Below, piece after piece: positions 60,619 to 64,000 of a DNA stretch of 64,000 bases (its first letter is position 1; each line of letters begins with the position of its first letter). This DNA comes from Candidatus Levyibacteriota bacterium. GTDB taxonomy: Bacteria > Patescibacteriota > Microgenomatia > Levybacterales > UBA12049. Made by a program: the position numbers and the translations under genes. Location of the stretch: assembly GCA_003173895.1 (NCBI GenBank), contig PJMG01000022.1, positions 3,454-67,453 on the forward strand, read 5' to 3'. The notes beneath the pieces are model-generated. The model worked only from the letters and a program-made list of their open reading frames with translations. It was not told the DNA's origin and searched no databases.

Positions 60619-61361
60619 CCTTTAGCAATCTCTTCTATTAAATCTCCAAAATAGCGAACTGTTGGAACTATAGAATTATAATTAAGTCTAGTTGGACCAA
60701 AAACTCCTATTTCACCTGTTAAATGAAGTGGTGTTTGGTATTTAGTAAATACAAATCCATAAGGACCTGAAAGTTCAGGAGCTAAATCTTCTTCGAGTAG
60801 AATATGCACATCTTCATCATTATTAATGTTATCGAATATACTATCAAAACCTTCAAATCTATCTAAAGCAGAAAGTAAATTTTCTGTTACTTCTATTTCA
60901 TAGAATTCTGGCATTTTTAAAATATTTGCATAACCAGCTGCGAAAATATCTCCCTGGTGAGTAGTAGCTATAGCTAAAGTTTTGGTTTTTTCAGCTAACG
61001 CTCTTACTATTTTTCTTAAACATGTTGCTTCAGACTCTCTAAAATCCCAAACTTGTTCTTTAAGTCTTACTTCATCGGCCACAGAAAGTTCTTTCTCTCG
61101 CATGAGTTGTTTAACATAAAATTTCATAGCTTTAGGAGTAGGAACACGACCCGCTGAGGTGTGAGGTTTTTTAAGATAACCTTTTTTTTCTAATGCAGCC
61201 ATTTCATTTCTTATAGTGGCTGGACTAGCAGCTAAATTATGTTTTTTTTCTAAAGTTTCAGATCCCACAGCATCAGCTATCTCAATATATTCCTCGATCA
61301 AACTTTTTAGAATTTGAACTTGTCTTTCTGTTAAATCGTTTATAGAAGTTTGAGCATCCAT
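60612..61361 (-). CDS. hrcA: Heat-inducible repressor HrcA (short form)
   Basis: SPATIRNEMAALE..GYL..PHTSAGRVPT, GVFGPTRLNY. Confidence 0.95.
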   Translation of the reverse strand: MDAQTSINDLTERQVQILKSLIEEYIEIADAVGSETLEKKHNLAASPATIRNEMAALEKKGYLKKPHTSAGRVPTPKAMKFYVKQLMREKELSVADEVRLKEQVWDFRESEATCLRKIVRALAEKTKTLAIATTHQGDIFAAGYANILKMPEFYEIEVTENLLSALDRFEGFDSIFDNINNDEDVHILLEEDLAPELSGPYGFVFTKYQTPLHLTGEIGVFGPTRLNYNSIVPTVRYFGDLIEEIAKGW

Positions 61362-61375
61362 ATAAATTTATGTAT

Positions 61376-61402
61376 TTAGCACTAAAATATCATGACTGCT
61401 AA
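61376..61402. promoter_or_regulatory. CIRCE operator overlapping the hrcA promoter
   Basis: TTAGCACTA-N9-GACTGCTAA; TTGACA at 61412-07 on the minus strand. Confidence 0.9.
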
Positions 61403-61429
61403 GACTTGTCAATAACCTATAATTAACAG

Positions 61430-62149
61430 TTAGTTATTTTCTAATTGTTGGAGGGCTGCGCGGATATCTGCAAGTGTCTGGAAACTCCCTTGATCTAAAG
61501 CTAATATTTGTTCATCTGACATTAATCTTAAACTTTCTATAGTTAAATGATTCCGAAATAAAAAATTAAAAGTGTGTTGAGATATATATTTCTCTAATGG
61601 TTTTAGCAAATTACGCTCTTCTATATTTTGACGTCGAGATGCTTGTAGATTATTTTTATAAGTTATAATTCTTTTCTCTTCATCAGAATCAGGGAAATAT
61701 TTAATAATAAAATCTCTAAGTGGATCTAAATATAGATCACTAGTTTCAGTATAATTAAAACCCGAATATAAAGATTTTACTAAATCTACAAGAGTATTAT
61801 TAACTGTTGGATTTATTGTATTAGGAGAACCGTACCCAAATTGATTAGCTAAGTCTTTTGAAGATAGTGAAGTAGTATAATAGGCTTTTGTTAACTGTAA
61901 AAGTTTTAGCTTTTTCTCAGCTGCGGGAGTCAACGTGCTTTGATTTTGATTTAAATCATTAATTAGATCATCTAATACTAGCATAGTAACTGAAGTAAAT
62001 TCTTCACTATGTTCTTCTATAAATTCATTATCCGTATAATGCATGGCTGAAAATAGATCTATACATAAACCCAAAGGAGATCTTAAATGTCCTCTTGGTA
62101 TAGCTGAAGAATCTGGATTTACTTTTCCGCTTTGGTCTTGTTCACTCAT
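61430..62149 (-). CDS. Hypothetical protein with an HTH-like motif and an RNAP alpha-CTD-like C-terminus (likely start 62149)
   Basis: LSSKDLANQFGYGSPNTI; ISQHTFNFL...TIESLRLMSDEQILAL...TLADIRAAL. Confidence 0.6.
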   Translation of the reverse strand: MSEQDQSGKVNPDSSAIPRGHLRSPLGLCIDLFSAMHYTDNEFIEEHSEEFTSVTMLVLDDLINDLNQNQSTLTPAAEKKLKLLQLTKAYYTTSLSSKDLANQFGYGSPNTINPTVNNTLVDLVKSLYSGFNYTETSDLYLDPLRDFIIKYFPDSDEEKRIITYKNNLQASRRQNIEERNLLKPLEKYISQHTFNFLFRNHLTIESLRLMSDEQILALDQGSFQTLADIRAALQQLENN

Positions 62150-62227
62150 AGCACATATTATAGTACAAGTCGTCAAATTATTTTTCTTATTGTTTTTGAC
62201 TTATTTACTGTATAGAATTCAATTGTT

Positions 62228-62683
62228 ATGGATTTAAAACAATTAATAAAAGATTATTTAGAGAAAGCTAGACTTCTTCAAGTAGCTACCAGTCGTGATA
62301 ATCAACCATGGGTTTGTAATGTTTATTTTGCTTTTGATGAGAATTTAAATTTATTTTGGATTTCAACTCCACAAAGACGCCATTCTCAAGAAATAGAAAA
62401 TAATGAAAAAGTAGCAGGCACTATAGTTTTACCTCATACACCTGGAGATAAGGTACGAGGAATTCAATTCCAAGGAACAGCTAAAAAATTAACTCAGCCA
62501 GATGAAATGAAACACGCCATGAATATTTATGCTGCTAGAATGAGCACTAAAGAAGAAAGAGTACAAAATATTCTTTCAGGAAAAGATAACCATGTACCTT
62601 ACCAAATAAAACCAACTCTTTTTGTTTTATTTGATGAAGTCAATTTTCCTGATAGCCCTAGACAGGAATTTAAATTAGATTAA
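62228..62683 (+). CDS. Pyridoxamine 5'-phosphate oxidase-like FMN-binding protein
   Basis: LQVAT..NQPWVCNVYF, RHSQEI, RGIQFQG. Confidence 0.85.
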   Translation: MDLKQLIKDYLEKARLLQVATSRDNQPWVCNVYFAFDENLNLFWISTPQRRHSQEIENNEKVAGTIVLPHTPGDKVRGIQFQGTAKKLTQPDEMKHAMNIYAARMSTKEERVQNILSGKDNHVPYQIKPTLFVLFDEVNFPDSPRQEFKLD

Positions 62684-63134
62684 AATATTTTTTAGCTTCT
62701 TTTATATCTTTATTCATTTGATCAATTAATTCTTTCTCTAAACTAAACTTTTTATTATCACGAATTTTTTTAAGTAAATTAACTTCAATAGTTTGTCCAT
62801 AAATATTCTGATCAAACTCTAAAATATACGTTTCTGCTTTTATCTCTGTTTCGTTAAATGTTTTAGAAGCACCGATAAAAGTGACGGCCTTTTGGTTGTC
62901 CTTCTGAACTTGTCCTTCGATATACTCAGGACCATGAGCCTGTCGAATTGGTTTCAGGATCTCTTGAGAAGATTCCGGATCAAGTACGGAATGACAAATT
63001 TCAACAGTTGAAATATAAATTCCTTCAGGAATATTTTGATTCAATTTTATATTGGCCGTAGGAAAGCCTAATAATTTCCCTCTTTTTGCACCTGTTATAA
63101 CTTTACCTTTTATAGTAAAAAGTGGATTTTCCAT
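62670..63134 (-). CDS. Stand-alone riboflavin kinase with a 34-aa palindromic insertion
   Basis: GKLLGFPTAN, GIY, ETYIL, IYG, KIRDNKKF. Confidence 0.9.
   Translation of the reverse strand: MENPLFTIKGKVITGAKRGKLLGFPTANIKLNQNIPEGIYISTVEICHSVLDPESSQEILKPIRQAHGPEYIEGQVQKDNQKAVTFIGASKTFNETEIKAETYILEFDQNIYGQTIEVNLLKKIRDNKKFSLEKELIDQMNKDIKEAKKYFNLI
62896..62997. repeat. Nested palindromic elements inserted in frame in the riboflavin kinase
   Basis: GTC..CTGAACTTG|CCTTCGA..CTCAGG..TGAGCCTGTCGAA|GTTTCAGGATCT..GATTCCGGATCAAGTACGGAATGAC. Confidence 0.8.
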
Positions 63135-63137
63135 AGG

Positions 63138-63731
63138 TTATAAATCTTCTTGATGAAGCATGGGTAAAACAGTAATAATATTACTCTCAATTTTTAAGGG
63201 TCTTATAGAACATTTTTTAAGATATTCTGGATTACCATGTTCACCCGGTTCTTCTATTTCATTAGTTAATGATTTATTTAAAATTCCTAAGTACAAACAC
63301 CATAAGGGATCTCCATGAGAACAAATAATTATATCTCTATTCTCTTTTAGCGCTATTTCGTTGAAAAAAGATATCATACGTTTTTGTATATCTTTAAAAC
63401 TCTCTCCTCCTAATTCTCTCCTGTGTAGAAAGAAATCTTTCCAATTTTGTTGATCTTCATACCACATCCCTTGATAAGCAGAAAATGTCTCAGCAAGTCT
63501 TAAATCATAAGAAATATTGATAGTATTTTCCCCAATTATTTCTGCTGTTTGTTTACACCTGAGTACTGGACTAGAGTAAATTTTACTAATATTTTTATTT
63601 CTAAAATATTCTCGTAATTTTTCTGCTTGTTTTATACCAACTTCAGACAATTCTACAGGTAGACGTTCAGGTAAAATATTATGTGGATTATTATATTCTC
63701 CATGGCGAACTAAATAAATCATTTTACTCAT
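63138..63731 (-). CDS. Histidine phosphatase family protein
   Basis: LVRHG, SSPVLRC, CSHGDP. Confidence 0.9.
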   Translation of the reverse strand: MSKMIYLVRHGEYNNPHNILPERLPVELSEVGIKQAEKLREYFRNKNISKIYSSPVLRCKQTAEIIGENTINISYDLRLAETFSAYQGMWYEDQQNWKDFFLHRRELGGESFKDIQKRMISFFNEIALKENRDIIICSHGDPLWCLYLGILNKSLTNEIEEPGEHGNPEYLKKCSIRPLKIESNIITVLPMLHQEDL

Positions 63732-63735
63732 AATT

Positions 63736-64000
63736 CTAAATTATATTTTTCTCCTTTAAAAAATTTGACACTTGTTCATATAGTTTTTTATGACCATCAG
63801 AATTAGGATGTAAACCATCAATCAAATATCTTCTATAGCCACATTCTATCCAATTATTAAATATATTTGTAAATAAAATATTATTTTTTTTACAAAATAA
63901 ATCGATTTCATAATTAAAATTTTTAATACTATCATTTTTGTACGAAAATTCTGTTTTCCATGGGATAGGATTCACTAAATTTTCATCGACAGGCGTTAAA
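63736..64000 (-). CDS. SGNH/GDSL hydrolase, 3' part (start lies outside the window)
   Basis: DGLHPN..GH block V; frame stays open to the window end (LTPVDENLVNP). Confidence 0.85.
   Translation of the reverse strand, partial: LTPVDENLVNPIPWKTEFSYKNDSIKNFNYEIDLFCKKNNILFTNIFNNWIECGYRRYLIDGLHPNSDGHKKLYEQVSNFLKEKNII

Noticed and set aside
1-64000. Genetic code 25 (TGA = Gly)
   Set aside because: Conserved genes are full length under code 11, and TGA ends genes at sensible positions (e.g. 18794-96)
1-64000. CRISPR array, transposase, integrase, prophage, intein or group I/II intron
   Set aside because: No regularly spaced repeats or recognisable catalytic motifs were seen; RecA, RpoB, RpoC and the helicase show no intein-sized insertions

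Overview
Low-GC, gene-dense bacterial chromosome segment using standard code 11 (TGA is a stop). It is most consistent with a CPR/Patescibacteria genome, probably Microgenomates: there is no rpmD between rpsE and rplO, L2 is N-terminally short, IF2 is minimal, RNase Y lacks its membrane anchor, and many genes look leaderless. The window holds the S10-spc ribosomal cluster ending in a partial secY, and an rpoBC-rpsL-rpsG-fusA-tuf-rpsJ-rplC backbone with unrelated genes inserted at each of the last four junctions. It also carries glycosyltransferase genes, a Kelch/C39-like secreted protein, rmuC, a helicase-nuclease, RNase P RNA, an ABC-2 transporter, HU, recA-recX-rny, tRNA-Pro(GGG), greA, nusA-infB, a membrane-anchored Clp-type ATPase and hrcA-grpE-dnaK-dnaJ with a CIRCE operator. 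The most notable unannotated signals are: (1) a leaderless Cys-Cys leader peptide with a complete 1:2/2:3/3:4 attenuator upstream of a PIG-L deacetylase; (2) an aberrant CAU tRNA with a 32-nt variable-arm hairpin, faced by a predicted ~50-nt RNA with 20 nt perfectly complementary to that hairpin; (3) several families of small palindromic elements found both intergenically and inserted in frame in proteins, one of them nested; (4) terminator-containing leaders before rplC, tuf and rpoB; (5) an orphan HTH plus alpha-CTD-like protein. All family calls come from reading motifs by eye; no database searches were run.
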